NCBI RefSeq assembly: GCF_035444425.1
Contig: NZ_DAOMOQ010000014.1
Location: 5,630-69,629, forward strand
Length of the DNA stretch: 64,000 nt
Origin: Ottowia sp.
Lineage (GTDB): Bacteria; Pseudomonadota; Gammaproteobacteria; Burkholderiales; Burkholderiaceae_C
Direction: 5' to 3'
Both the position numbers and the translations under genes were made by a program. Positions 23,358 through 31,546 of the stretch are shown here, one piece after another; the first letter of the stretch is position 1; each line of letters opens with the position of its first letter. The notes under the pieces are model-generated. The model did not search any database and was not told where the DNA came from. It saw only the letters and a list, made by a program, of their open reading frames with translations.

Positions 23358-24704
23358 ATGTCCACCGTCTTCAACTTCACCTTCGTCCCCTGGTTTCGCG
23401 CGGTGGCACCGTACATCCACATGCACCGCGGCAAGACCTTTGTGGTCGGCGTGGTCGGCGAGGCGGTTGCGGCCGGCAAGCTGGGCAACATCGCCACCGA
23501 CCTGGCGCTGATCCAGAGCATGGGCGTGCGGATCGTGCTGGTGCACGGCTTCCGCCCGCAGGTCAATGAACAGCTCCGTGCCAAGGGCCACGAGGCCAGG
23601 TACCACCATGGCCTGCGCATCACCGACGAGGTGGCGCTGGACTGCGCGCAGGAGGCGGCCGGCCAACTGCGCTACGAGGTCGAGGCCGCCTTCAGCCAGG
23701 GCCTGCCGAACACGCCGATGGCCGGCTCCAAGGTGCGCGTGATCTCGGGCAACTTCCTGACCGCGCGGCCGATGGGCATCATCGACGGCGTCGATTTCAA
23801 GAGCACCGGTGTGGTGCGCAAGGTCGACGTGGCGGGCATCACACGCTCGCTCGACGCCGGCGCGCTGGTGCTGATCTCGCCGGTCGGCTTCTCGCCCACC
23901 GGCGAGGCGTTCAACCTGTCGATGGAGGAAGTGGCGACCTCGGTCGCCATGGCGCTGCAGGCCGACAAGCTGATCTTCCTGACCGAACGGCCCGGCATCC
24001 GCGTGCGGCCGCTGGAACCCGAGGCCGACGACAACCCGATCGACACCGAGATCCCGCTGGCCGAGGCGCGCGCGCTGATGGCGCGCCTGCCGATGCCCGA
24101 GCACGCCACCGACGTGGGCTTCTACCTGCGCCACTGCGTCACCGCCTGCGAGCACGGCGTCGAGCGCAGCCACATCCTGCCGTTCGCGGTCGACGGCTCG
24201 GTGCTGCTGGAAATCTACATGCACGACGGCATCGGCACCATGGTGGTCGACGAGAAGCTGGAGAGCCTGCGCGAAGCGACCCATGATGACGTGGCCGGCA
24301 TCCTGCGCCTGATCGAGCCGTTCGAGCAGGACGGCACCCTGGTCAAGCGCAGCCGCACCGAGATCGAGCGCGACATCGGCAACTACAGCATCGTCGAGCA
24401 CGACGGCGTGCTGTTCGCCTGCGCCGCGCTGTATCCCTATCCGGAAGCCAAGACCGGCGAGATGGCGGCGCTCACCGTGTCGTCGCAAAGCCAGGGCCAG
24501 GGCGATGGCGAGAAGGTGCTCAAGCGGATCGAGCAGCGCGCCCGCGAAGCCGGACTGCAAAGCATCTTCGTGCTGACCACGCGCACCATGCACTGGTTCA
24601 TCAAGCGCGGCTTCCAGCCGATGGACCCCGAGTGGCTGCCCGAAGCGCGCAAGCGCAAGTACAACTGGGACCGCAAGAGCCAGGTGCTGGTCAAGAAACT
24701 GTAG
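23358..24704 (+). CDS. argA: Amino-acid N-acetyltransferase (N-acetylglutamate synthase)
   Basis: WFRAVAPYIHMHRGKTFV kinase-like domain plus GNAT domain (FVLTTRTMHWFIKRGF, YNWDRKSQV). Confidence 0.96.
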   Translation: MSTVFNFTFVPWFRAVAPYIHMHRGKTFVVGVVGEAVAAGKLGNIATDLALIQSMGVRIVLVHGFRPQVNEQLRAKGHEARYHHGLRITDEVALDCAQEAAGQLRYEVEAAFSQGLPNTPMAGSKVRVISGNFLTARPMGIIDGVDFKSTGVVRKVDVAGITRSLDAGALVLISPVGFSPTGEAFNLSMEEVATSVAMALQADKLIFLTERPGIRVRPLEPEADDNPIDTEIPLAEARALMARLPMPEHATDVGFYLRHCVTACEHGVERSHILPFAVDGSVLLEIYMHDGIGTMVVDEKLESLREATHDDVAGILRLIEPFEQDGTLVKRSRTEIERDIGNYSIVEHDGVLFACAALYPYPEAKTGEMAALTVSSQSQGQGDGEKVLKRIEQRAREAGLQSIFVLTTRTMHWFIKRGFQPMDPEWLPEARKRKYNWDRKSQVLVKKL

Positions 24705-24811
24705 CGCAATCGCCAGTCTTGCTGGCAGCTGTGCGGGTACTTCTCCTACGGCGGCGACCGGGGCCGCTGCCTACAGTAGGTCATCGCAGTACTGTTCGGG
24801 AGTCAGGCGCC

Positions 24812-25057
24812 ATGGAACTCATCTGGTTCATTCTCGTCGGGTTGATCGCCGGCTGGCTGGCCGGCGTGTTGGTCAAGGGTGGCGGTTTCGGCCTGGTCGG
24901 TGATCTCATCGTCGGTGTGCTGGGCGCGCTGCTCGGCGGCTTCCTGTTCGGCTCCCTGGGTGGCGCGGTCGGTGGCGGCCTGCTGGGCAGCATCGTGGTG
25001 GCGACGCTCGGAGCGGTCATCCTGGTCCTGCTGCTGCGCGTGCTCAAGCGGACCTGA
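24812..25057 (+). CDS. GlsB/YeaQ/YmgE-family stress membrane protein (81 aa)
   Basis: IWFILVGLIAGWLAG...GDLIVGVLGA...VATLGAVILV pattern. Confidence 0.88.
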   Translation: MELIWFILVGLIAGWLAGVLVKGGGFGLVGDLIVGVLGALLGGFLFGSLGGAVGGGLLGSIVVATLGAVILVLLLRVLKRT

Positions 25058-25128
25058 CGACGCGCTGCGGAACCACCATGAAAAAAGCGGCCGATGGCCG
25101 CTTTCCCGTTCTGCAGAGCCAAGCCAAG

Positions 25129-25653
25129 TCAGGCCGGCATGACCCCGTTGCGCCGGCTGGGCAGTTTCAGCAGCGTGACCAGGATGGCGATGATGAAGAT
25201 CACGAACCAGACGAATGACCAGTTGGCGATGGTCAGACCCATGAAGGTCCAGTCGATCGCGCTGCAGTCGCCGGCGCCGCGAAAGATCATGGGGATTGCG
25301 CGCTGCAGGGGAAATGATTCGATCATGCCGAACAGGTCGCGTCCGCAGGTGGCGAGCTCCGGCGGGTTCCACTGCAGCCAGCTCTGGCGCGCTGCGGTGA
25401 AGGCGCCGAAGCTGCCGATGGCAACTCCCAGCAGACCCCAGAAGCGCCAGCCGACCGGCCCTTTCGAGAATGCCGCCAGCGCGCTGAACACGCCCAGCAA
25501 AATCAGGCAGTAGCGCTGCACGATGCACATCGGGCAAGGCTCCAGTCCGACCACGTTCTGCAGGTACAGGATGCCGTAGGCGAGCATGCCGGCGCACAGG
25601 ATGGCGATGCCCGCGAACACGCGGCGTGGCTGGGTGAACAGGGAACTGGGCAA
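25129..25653 (-). CDS. dsbB: Disulfide bond formation protein B (TTG start)
   Basis: LEPCPMCIVQR plus a second Cys pair (TCG...GDCS), four hydrophobic segments, GGAGAA upstream. Confidence 0.92.
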   Translation of the reverse strand: MPSSLFTQPRRVFAGIAILCAGMLAYGILYLQNVVGLEPCPMCIVQRYCLILLGVFSALAAFSKGPVGWRFWGLLGVAIGSFGAFTAARQSWLQWNPPELATCGRDLFGMIESFPLQRAIPMIFRGAGDCSAIDWTFMGLTIANWSFVWFVIFIIAILVTLLKLPSRRNGVMPA

Positions 25654-25842
25654 GATGGTCTTCTCCGGGATGGTTCGCGCCGTGGCGCATGGCTGGAGCC
25701 CAAACCCGCCGTCAAGGTTCCCGTGGCCGTGTCGTCAAACGCACTTCAGCGGGCGATTCTATGGCTTCCCCGGAACGCCGCATGGGCACCCGCACACCCG
25801 CGCGGTGGCGGGCGTGTCGCCAGCAGTGGCCGGAATCCGGTG

Positions 25843-26391
25843 TCAGGCGTGCTTCTTGACCCAGGCCACGAAGGCGTCGACGAACTTCTGCACGTGCTCG
25901 CGGCTGTCCGGACCGATCGCGCCGTCCACCACCAGGCCATCCTTCCACTGGATGTACATCTCGGGCTGGCCCATTTCGGGCATGGCCAGGAACGAAAGCA
26001 CGCTGCGCAGATTGGCCTGCGCCACGGCCGTGCCCACGGCGCCGATCGACACCCCGGCCACCGCCGCCGGCTTGCCCGCCCATTTGCTCTCGCCCCAGGG
26101 GCGCGATGCCTGGTCGATGGCGTTCTTGAGTCCGCCGGGGATCGAGCGGTTGTACTCGGGCGTGACGAACAGCACGCCATCGGCCGCTGCGATCTCGTCG
26201 CGCAGGCGCTTGACCGGCGCCACCGGCGGCGCAGCGTCGCTGTCCTGGTTGTACAGCGGCAGATCGTCGATACGGACGAAGCTGGCCTTGAACTCGGCCG
26301 GAAACTGCTTGACCAGCGCCTCGGCGAACTGGCGGTTGTAGGATTCCTTGCGAATGCTGCCCACCACGACGGCGATGTTGAGTTGGCTCAC
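25843..26391 (-). CDS. NADPH-dependent FMN reductase (ChrR/YieF-like, 182 aa)
   Basis: VGSIRKESYN, LPLYNQD, VTPEYNRSIPGGLKNAID and WAGKP. Confidence 0.9.
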   Translation of the reverse strand: MSQLNIAVVVGSIRKESYNRQFAEALVKQFPAEFKASFVRIDDLPLYNQDSDAAPPVAPVKRLRDEIAAADGVLFVTPEYNRSIPGGLKNAIDQASRPWGESKWAGKPAAVAGVSIGAVGTAVAQANLRSVLSFLAMPEMGQPEMYIQWKDGLVVDGAIGPDSREHVQKFVDAFVAWVKKHA

Positions 26392-26509
26392 GGTTGTTCT
26401 CCTTGCTTGAACGTGAAACGATGACGGATCATGCCGCCAAATCAGAAAACCTGCTGGCAGCGTGATCGGCAAGCTTCGTGCCATCAGGCCGTGCACGGAT
26501 AATCCCGGC

Positions 26510-27355
26510 ATGGTTTCATCACGGCGTCCTGAGTCGAACCCGAGCGGTGGCCTGGAGAGCCCGCCTGCGGACGAGCAACCCAAGCGCCAGCGTCGCATCC
26601 AGTCGGTCGTGGTCGGCATGCGCGTGCTGCAGGTGCTGACCGAGCAGCACCGCCCGTTGCCCCTGAAGGAACTGGCCCAGCTGGCGGGCATGCCGCCCGG
26701 CAAGGCGCATCCGTACCTGGTCAGCTTCATGGCCGCCGGCATGGTCAAGCAAAGCCCGCTGACCGGCCATTACGAGTTGGGGCCGATGGCCTTGCAGATG
26801 GGGCTGGCGGCCCTGCAGCAGCTCGATCCGCTGACCGAAGCCAGCCAGGAGGCCGCCCTGCTCGCCGCGCGCGCCGACCTGAGCGTGGCGCTGGCGGTCT
26901 GGGGCCACCTGGGGCCGACGGTGGTGCGGCTGGACGAGCCGCGCTACCCGCTGCATGTCAACCTGCGTGTCGGCACGGTGATGTCGGTGTTCAACACCAT
27001 CACCGGCCGCGTGTTCGCCGCCTACCTGCCCGAGAGGATGGTGCGCACCATGCTGGAGGACGAGCATCGCCGCGTGGTCGGTGGCACATCCGCGGATTTC
27101 GATTCGCCCGAGGTGCAGCAGCTGTTGCAGGAGATCCGCGCCACCGGCATGGGGCGCGGCCAGTCGGTGCCGCTGCCCGGTGTCAACACCCTGTGCGCGC
27201 CGGTGTTCGACACCGCCGGGCACATCGCGCTGGTGATCACCATGTTCGGCCCGCAGGGTGCGTTCGACGCCGACATCGACGGCCCGGCCGGACGCATGCT
27301 GCGCGAGCATGCCGACGCCGTTTCGCGCCGGCTGGGGGCGCAGGGTCGTCGATGA
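26510..27355 (+). CDS. IclR-family transcriptional regulator
   Basis: N-terminal HTH (LKELAQLAGMPPGKAHPYLVSF), then VNLRVG...TITGRVFAAY and LCAPVFD. Confidence 0.9.
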   Translation: MVSSRRPESNPSGGLESPPADEQPKRQRRIQSVVVGMRVLQVLTEQHRPLPLKELAQLAGMPPGKAHPYLVSFMAAGMVKQSPLTGHYELGPMALQMGLAALQQLDPLTEASQEAALLAARADLSVALAVWGHLGPTVVRLDEPRYPLHVNLRVGTVMSVFNTITGRVFAAYLPERMVRTMLEDEHRRVVGGTSADFDSPEVQQLLQEIRATGMGRGQSVPLPGVNTLCAPVFDTAGHIALVITMFGPQGAFDADIDGPAGRMLREHADAVSRRLGAQGRR

Positions 27356-27585
27356 GGCTGCTGACGGCCGGATTTGGATCCTGGGGGCTCCAATTCCGGC
27401 TGTCGGGGCAAGCGGCGAGTGCTACCTCTTGGTCGTGTGGTCAGGCGAACCGCCTGGCCGATGCACGCCACTGGTCGCGCACCGCGGCCCACGAGACCGG
27501 GATTTCAGCGGGGGCGTGAAAGCCGTTTCTCTTGAGGTCGTCCAGCGTGACCACCGGACGCTTGTCGGCCCCGCTTCCCAAGGCA

Positions 27586-27637
27586 GTTTATTAAACATAG
27601 GCAAATGCATTGACTAATAGCTAAAAACATCGATAAT
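27586..27637 (+). promoter_or_regulatory. Putative sigma70 promoter with adjacent palindrome upstream of the MBL gene
   Basis: TTGACT (27610-15), 16 nt, GATAAT (27632-37); GTTTA-T-TAAAC palindrome at 27586-96; AT-rich patch. Confidence 0.55.
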
Positions 27638-27674
27638 CAGGCCTCGGTTCCCACTTTGCATTGGAGACACCCTG

Positions 27675-28640
27675 ATGACCGAAAAGAAGTTCGCTTCCCA
27701 GGCCGACCTGGAAGAAAAGCAGATCAGCTGGGACAAGCTGTCTGACAACGCCTACGCCTACACCGCCGAGGGCGACCCGAACACCGGCGTCATCATCGGC
27801 GACGACGGCTGCATGATCATCGACGCCACCGCCACCCCGGTGGCGGCGCAGGGCGTGATCAGGAAGATTCGCGAGATCACCGACAAGCCGATCAAGTACG
27901 TGGTGCTGACGCACTACCACGCGGTGCGTGTGCTCGGCGCCTCGGGCTATCGTGACGAAGGCCTGCAGCAGGTCATCGCCAGCCAGGACACCTACGACCT
28001 GATCGTCGAGCGCGGCCAGCAGGACATGGATTCCGAGATCGGCCGCTTCCCGCGCCTGTTCCAGGCCGTCGAGAGCGTGCCCGGACTGACCTGGCCCACC
28101 CTCACCTTCACCGGCGACATGACGCTGTGGCTGGGCAAGCTGGAAGTCAAGATCAAGCAGATCGGCCGCGGCCACACCAAGGGCGACACCATCGTCTACC
28201 TGCCGCAGCAGAGCATCTGCTTCTCGGGCGATCTGGTCGAGGCGGATGCCGCCTGCTACACCGGGGACGCCTACCTGGCCGACTGGCCGCAGACGCTCGA
28301 CAACCTCGCCGCGATGAAGTTCGACAAGCTGGTGCCCGGCCGCGGCCCGGCTTTGATGACGCCAGAGGCGGTGAACCTGGGCCTGGCCTACACACGCGAC
28401 TTCGTGTCGACGCTGTACCAGAGTGCGCGGGAAGCCGTGGCGCAGGGCATGGATCTGAACGCCTGCATGAAACACACGCGCAAGGCCATGGACCCGAAGT
28501 TCGGCCATGTTTTCATCTACGAGCACTGCCTGCCGTTCGACGTGACCCGCGCCCACGACGAGGCCAGCGGCATCCGCGATCCGCGCATCTGGACCGCCGA
28601 GCGCGATCAGGAGATGTGGCATGAACTGCAGAAGGCGTAA
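27675..28640 (+). CDS. Metallo-beta-lactamase-fold protein with non-canonical metal motif
   Basis: PNTGVIIG, THYHAVR (in place of HxHxDH), GRGHTKGD, FSGDLV and LVPGRG. Confidence 0.88.
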   Translation: MTEKKFASQADLEEKQISWDKLSDNAYAYTAEGDPNTGVIIGDDGCMIIDATATPVAAQGVIRKIREITDKPIKYVVLTHYHAVRVLGASGYRDEGLQQVIASQDTYDLIVERGQQDMDSEIGRFPRLFQAVESVPGLTWPTLTFTGDMTLWLGKLEVKIKQIGRGHTKGDTIVYLPQQSICFSGDLVEADAACYTGDAYLADWPQTLDNLAAMKFDKLVPGRGPALMTPEAVNLGLAYTRDFVSTLYQSAREAVAQGMDLNACMKHTRKAMDPKFGHVFIYEHCLPFDVTRAHDEASGIRDPRIWTAERDQEMWHELQKA

Positions 28641-28783
28641 GCGCCCAGCCACCTGACGGCGCTTTCCCCTCGCTGTTGAAGCGGGAGCATGGCCGTGCCT
28701 GATACCGCTCAGCGCACGGCATTTGCGGATCCGGCCCGCTCCGCGGCCGATTGAATCAGGCGGAGCACAAGAGGAGACAAACG

Positions 28784-30460
28784 GTGCAGAAAACCTTCAC
28801 CTACCCAAAATTCGATTTCGTCAAGCCACCCGAGCTGACCGAGGGCAAGCCAGGTCACTATCCCGTGGTCGTGGTCGGCGCCGGCCCGGTCGGCCTGTCG
28901 GCGGCCATCGACCTGGCCCAGCTCGGCCAGGATGTGCTGCTGCTCGACAACGACGACACGGTGTCGATCGGCTCGCGCGGCGTCTGCTACGCCAAGCGTG
29001 CGCTGGAAGTGCTCGACCGCATGGGCTGCGGCGACAAGTTCGTGCAGAAAGGCGTCAGCTGGGACGTCGGCCGCACCTTTCTGCGCGAGAGCGAGGTGTT
29101 CAACTTCAACCTGCGCCCGGAGCCGTTCCACCACCGCCCGGGCATGATCAACCTGCAGCAGTACTACCTCGAGGAGTACCTGATCGAGCGCGCGCGCCAG
29201 CTCGAGGGCAAGCTGCAGATGCGCTTCAAGAGCAATGTCATCTCGGTGGTGCCGGGCGATGACAAGGTGACGGTGCGCGTGGAAACGCCCGAGGGCCCCT
29301 ACTCACTCACCACCGACTGGCTGGTGGTCGCCGACGGCGCGCGCTCGCCGATCCGCAACATGCTGGGCCTGGACATCGACGGCAAGATCTTCATGGACCG
29401 CTTCCTCATTGCCGACGTGGTGATGAAGGCCGATTTCCCGGCCGAGCGCTGGTTCTGGTTCGACCCGCCCTTCCACCCCAACCAGTCGGTGCTGCTGCAC
29501 AAGCAGGCCGACAACGTGTGGCGCATCGATTTCCAGCTCGGCTGGCAGGCCGATCCGGAACAGGAGAAGAAGCCCGAGAAGGTGATCCCCCGCATCAAGG
29601 CGATGCTGGGCGACGAGCGCGAGTTCGAGCTCGAATGGGTCAGCGTCTACACCTTCCAGTGCCGGCGCATGAACCAGTTCAACCACGGCCGCGTGCTGTT
29701 TGTGGGCGATGCGGCGCACCAGGTTTCGCCGTTCGGCGCGCGCGGCGCCAACTCGGGCATCCAGGACACCGACAACCTGGCCTGGAAGCTCAAGCTCGTG
29801 ATGGATGGCAAGGCTCCAGCCACCCTGCTCGACAGCTATTCGGAGGAACGCGGCTACGCGGCCGACGAGAACATCGCGAACTCGACCCGCTCGACCGATT
29901 TCATCACGCCCAAGAGCAACACCAGCAAGACCTTCCGCAACGCGGTGCTGGAGTTGGCCGCCAAGTACCCGTTCGCACGCGCACTGGTCAACTCCGGCCG
30001 GCTGTCGGTGCCGAGCTGGCTGGCCAGTTCCAGCCTGAACACGCCCGACACGGACGAGTTCCAGGGCCACATGATTCCCGGCGCGCCGATGGCCGATGCG
30101 CCGGTCCAGGTCGGTGGCAGCGACGGGTGGCTGCTGCAACAGCTCGGCAACCGCTTCCAGTTGCTGCACCATGTCGAGGACGCATCGGGGCTCGACGCCG
30201 CCACCGCGAAGGCGCTGGGCGAGCTGAACGCGGATGCCAATGGCATCGAGGTCGAGCCCGTCATCGTCGCCCGGCGGGGTCAGGCGCCGGGCGGGCTGAA
30301 GACGCTGATCGACACCCAGGGCTGCATCGCCGAACGCTACGACCTGAAGCCCGGCAGCAGCTACCTGGTGCGCCCCGACCAGCACGTGGCCGCTCGCTGG
30401 CGCACGTTCGACGCCGGCAAGGTCAAGGCCGCCGTGGCCCGCGCCACCTGCAACGTCTGA
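28784..30460 (+). CDS. FAD-dependent aromatic monooxygenase (PHBH/MhpA-type fold, 558 aa)
   Basis: GAGPVG, VADGARS, VGDAAH and PFGARGAN, with C-terminal YLVRPDQHVAARW; GTG 28784 follows GAGGAG. Confidence 0.88.
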   Translation: MQKTFTYPKFDFVKPPELTEGKPGHYPVVVVGAGPVGLSAAIDLAQLGQDVLLLDNDDTVSIGSRGVCYAKRALEVLDRMGCGDKFVQKGVSWDVGRTFLRESEVFNFNLRPEPFHHRPGMINLQQYYLEEYLIERARQLEGKLQMRFKSNVISVVPGDDKVTVRVETPEGPYSLTTDWLVVADGARSPIRNMLGLDIDGKIFMDRFLIADVVMKADFPAERWFWFDPPFHPNQSVLLHKQADNVWRIDFQLGWQADPEQEKKPEKVIPRIKAMLGDEREFELEWVSVYTFQCRRMNQFNHGRVLFVGDAAHQVSPFGARGANSGIQDTDNLAWKLKLVMDGKAPATLLDSYSEERGYAADENIANSTRSTDFITPKSNTSKTFRNAVLELAAKYPFARALVNSGRLSVPSWLASSSLNTPDTDEFQGHMIPGAPMADAPVQVGGSDGWLLQQLGNRFQLLHHVEDASGLDAATAKALGELNADANGIEVEPVIVARRGQAPGGLKTLIDTQGCIAERYDLKPGSSYLVRPDQHVAARWRTFDAGKVKAAVARATCNV

Positions 30461-30480
30461 CCCCATCAAGGAAACCCGCC

Positions 30481-30705
30481 ATGCCCCTGAACACCGAACC
30501 CAACTTCCGCGAAGCCGGCCATCGCTATTTCCAGGCCTACTCGCCCGGCGACGATTTCTACGAGGCCCTGATCGACACCCACCGCGACCTCAGCGACGAG
30601 CAGAGCGCCATGGTCAACGCACGCCTGATCCTGCTGCTGGCCAACCACATCGGTGACATCGGCGTGCTGCGCGAGGCGATGGCGATCGCGCGCGAGGGCG
30701 TGTAA
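30481..30705 (+). CDS. DUF2783-family small protein (74 aa)
   Basis: DDFYEALIDTHRDLSDEQSAMVNARLILLLANHIGD matches the recalled family pattern. Confidence 0.8.
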   Translation: MPLNTEPNFREAGHRYFQAYSPGDDFYEALIDTHRDLSDEQSAMVNARLILLLANHIGDIGVLREAMAIAREGV

Positions 30706-30736
30706 ATTCCGCTCACCAACCCAAAGGAGACACCCC

Positions 30737-31291
30737 ATGGCGATCGTTGAAAAGATCCACCACGTTGCCTACCGCTGCAAGAACGCCAAGGAAACCGTCG
30801 AGTGGTACCAGAAGTACCTCGATATGGACTTCATCCTGGCGATTGCCGAGAACCAGGTGCCGTCCACCAAGGAACCCGACCCGTACATGCACATCTTCCT
30901 CGACGCCGGCAATGGCAACGTGCTGGCCTTCTTCGAGCTGCCGACCAAGGCGCCGATGCTGGCGCCGTCGGACGCCAACACGCCGGCCTGGACCCAGCAC
31001 CTGGCGCTCAAGGTCGATTCGGTCGACACCATGATGAAGGTCAAGGCCAGGCTCGAGGCGGACGGCATCGAGGTCGTCGGCCCGACCGACCACACCATCT
31101 TCCAGTCGATCTATTTCCGCGATCCCAGCGGCCACCGGCTGGAACTGGCCGCCAACACCTCCACGCCCCAGATGGACAAGGCGCTGGACGAGGTCAAGTG
31201 GGACATGCTGAACGAGTGGGACCGCACCAAGCAGGCCCCCACCCATGCGCGCTGGATGCACGACGGCAGTGGCAAGGTCGGCGCGCCGTAA
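30737..31291 (+). CDS. VOC/glyoxalase-fold metalloprotein (184 aa)
   Basis: IHHVAYRC, YMHIFLD, LAFFEL, QHLALKV and SIYFRDPSGHRLEL; GGAG RBS. Confidence 0.88.
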   Translation: MAIVEKIHHVAYRCKNAKETVEWYQKYLDMDFILAIAENQVPSTKEPDPYMHIFLDAGNGNVLAFFELPTKAPMLAPSDANTPAWTQHLALKVDSVDTMMKVKARLEADGIEVVGPTDHTIFQSIYFRDPSGHRLELAANTSTPQMDKALDEVKWDMLNEWDRTKQAPTHARWMHDGSGKVGAP

Positions 31292-31312
31292 GCGTTCCCC
31301 TGCGCCACCCAG

Positions 31313-31344
31313 AAGCGGCAGCCGACGGCTGCCGCTTTTCTTTC
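31313..31344 (+). terminator. Rho-independent terminator after the VOC gene
   Basis: Hairpin AAGCGGCAGCC-GAC-GGCTGCCGCTT followed by TTCTTTC. Confidence 0.85.
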
Positions 31345-31546
31345 GGGCCCTTCGTGTCTGTCAGCGTGCCTGCGGCATGGGCGCGGAAGTTGACAGTTCA
31401 TCGGGGTAAACCGCCCCGGGGGTGAACTGAAATGCATTTGCGCCTACAGTGGGCTGCACGGGCGCGTTCGGCGCTTGATGCATCGTCGATGCGAGCGCCG
31501 GGCTTCCCGGCCATCAAGGGCCGGCGCCTGGCGCAGGAGAATGATC

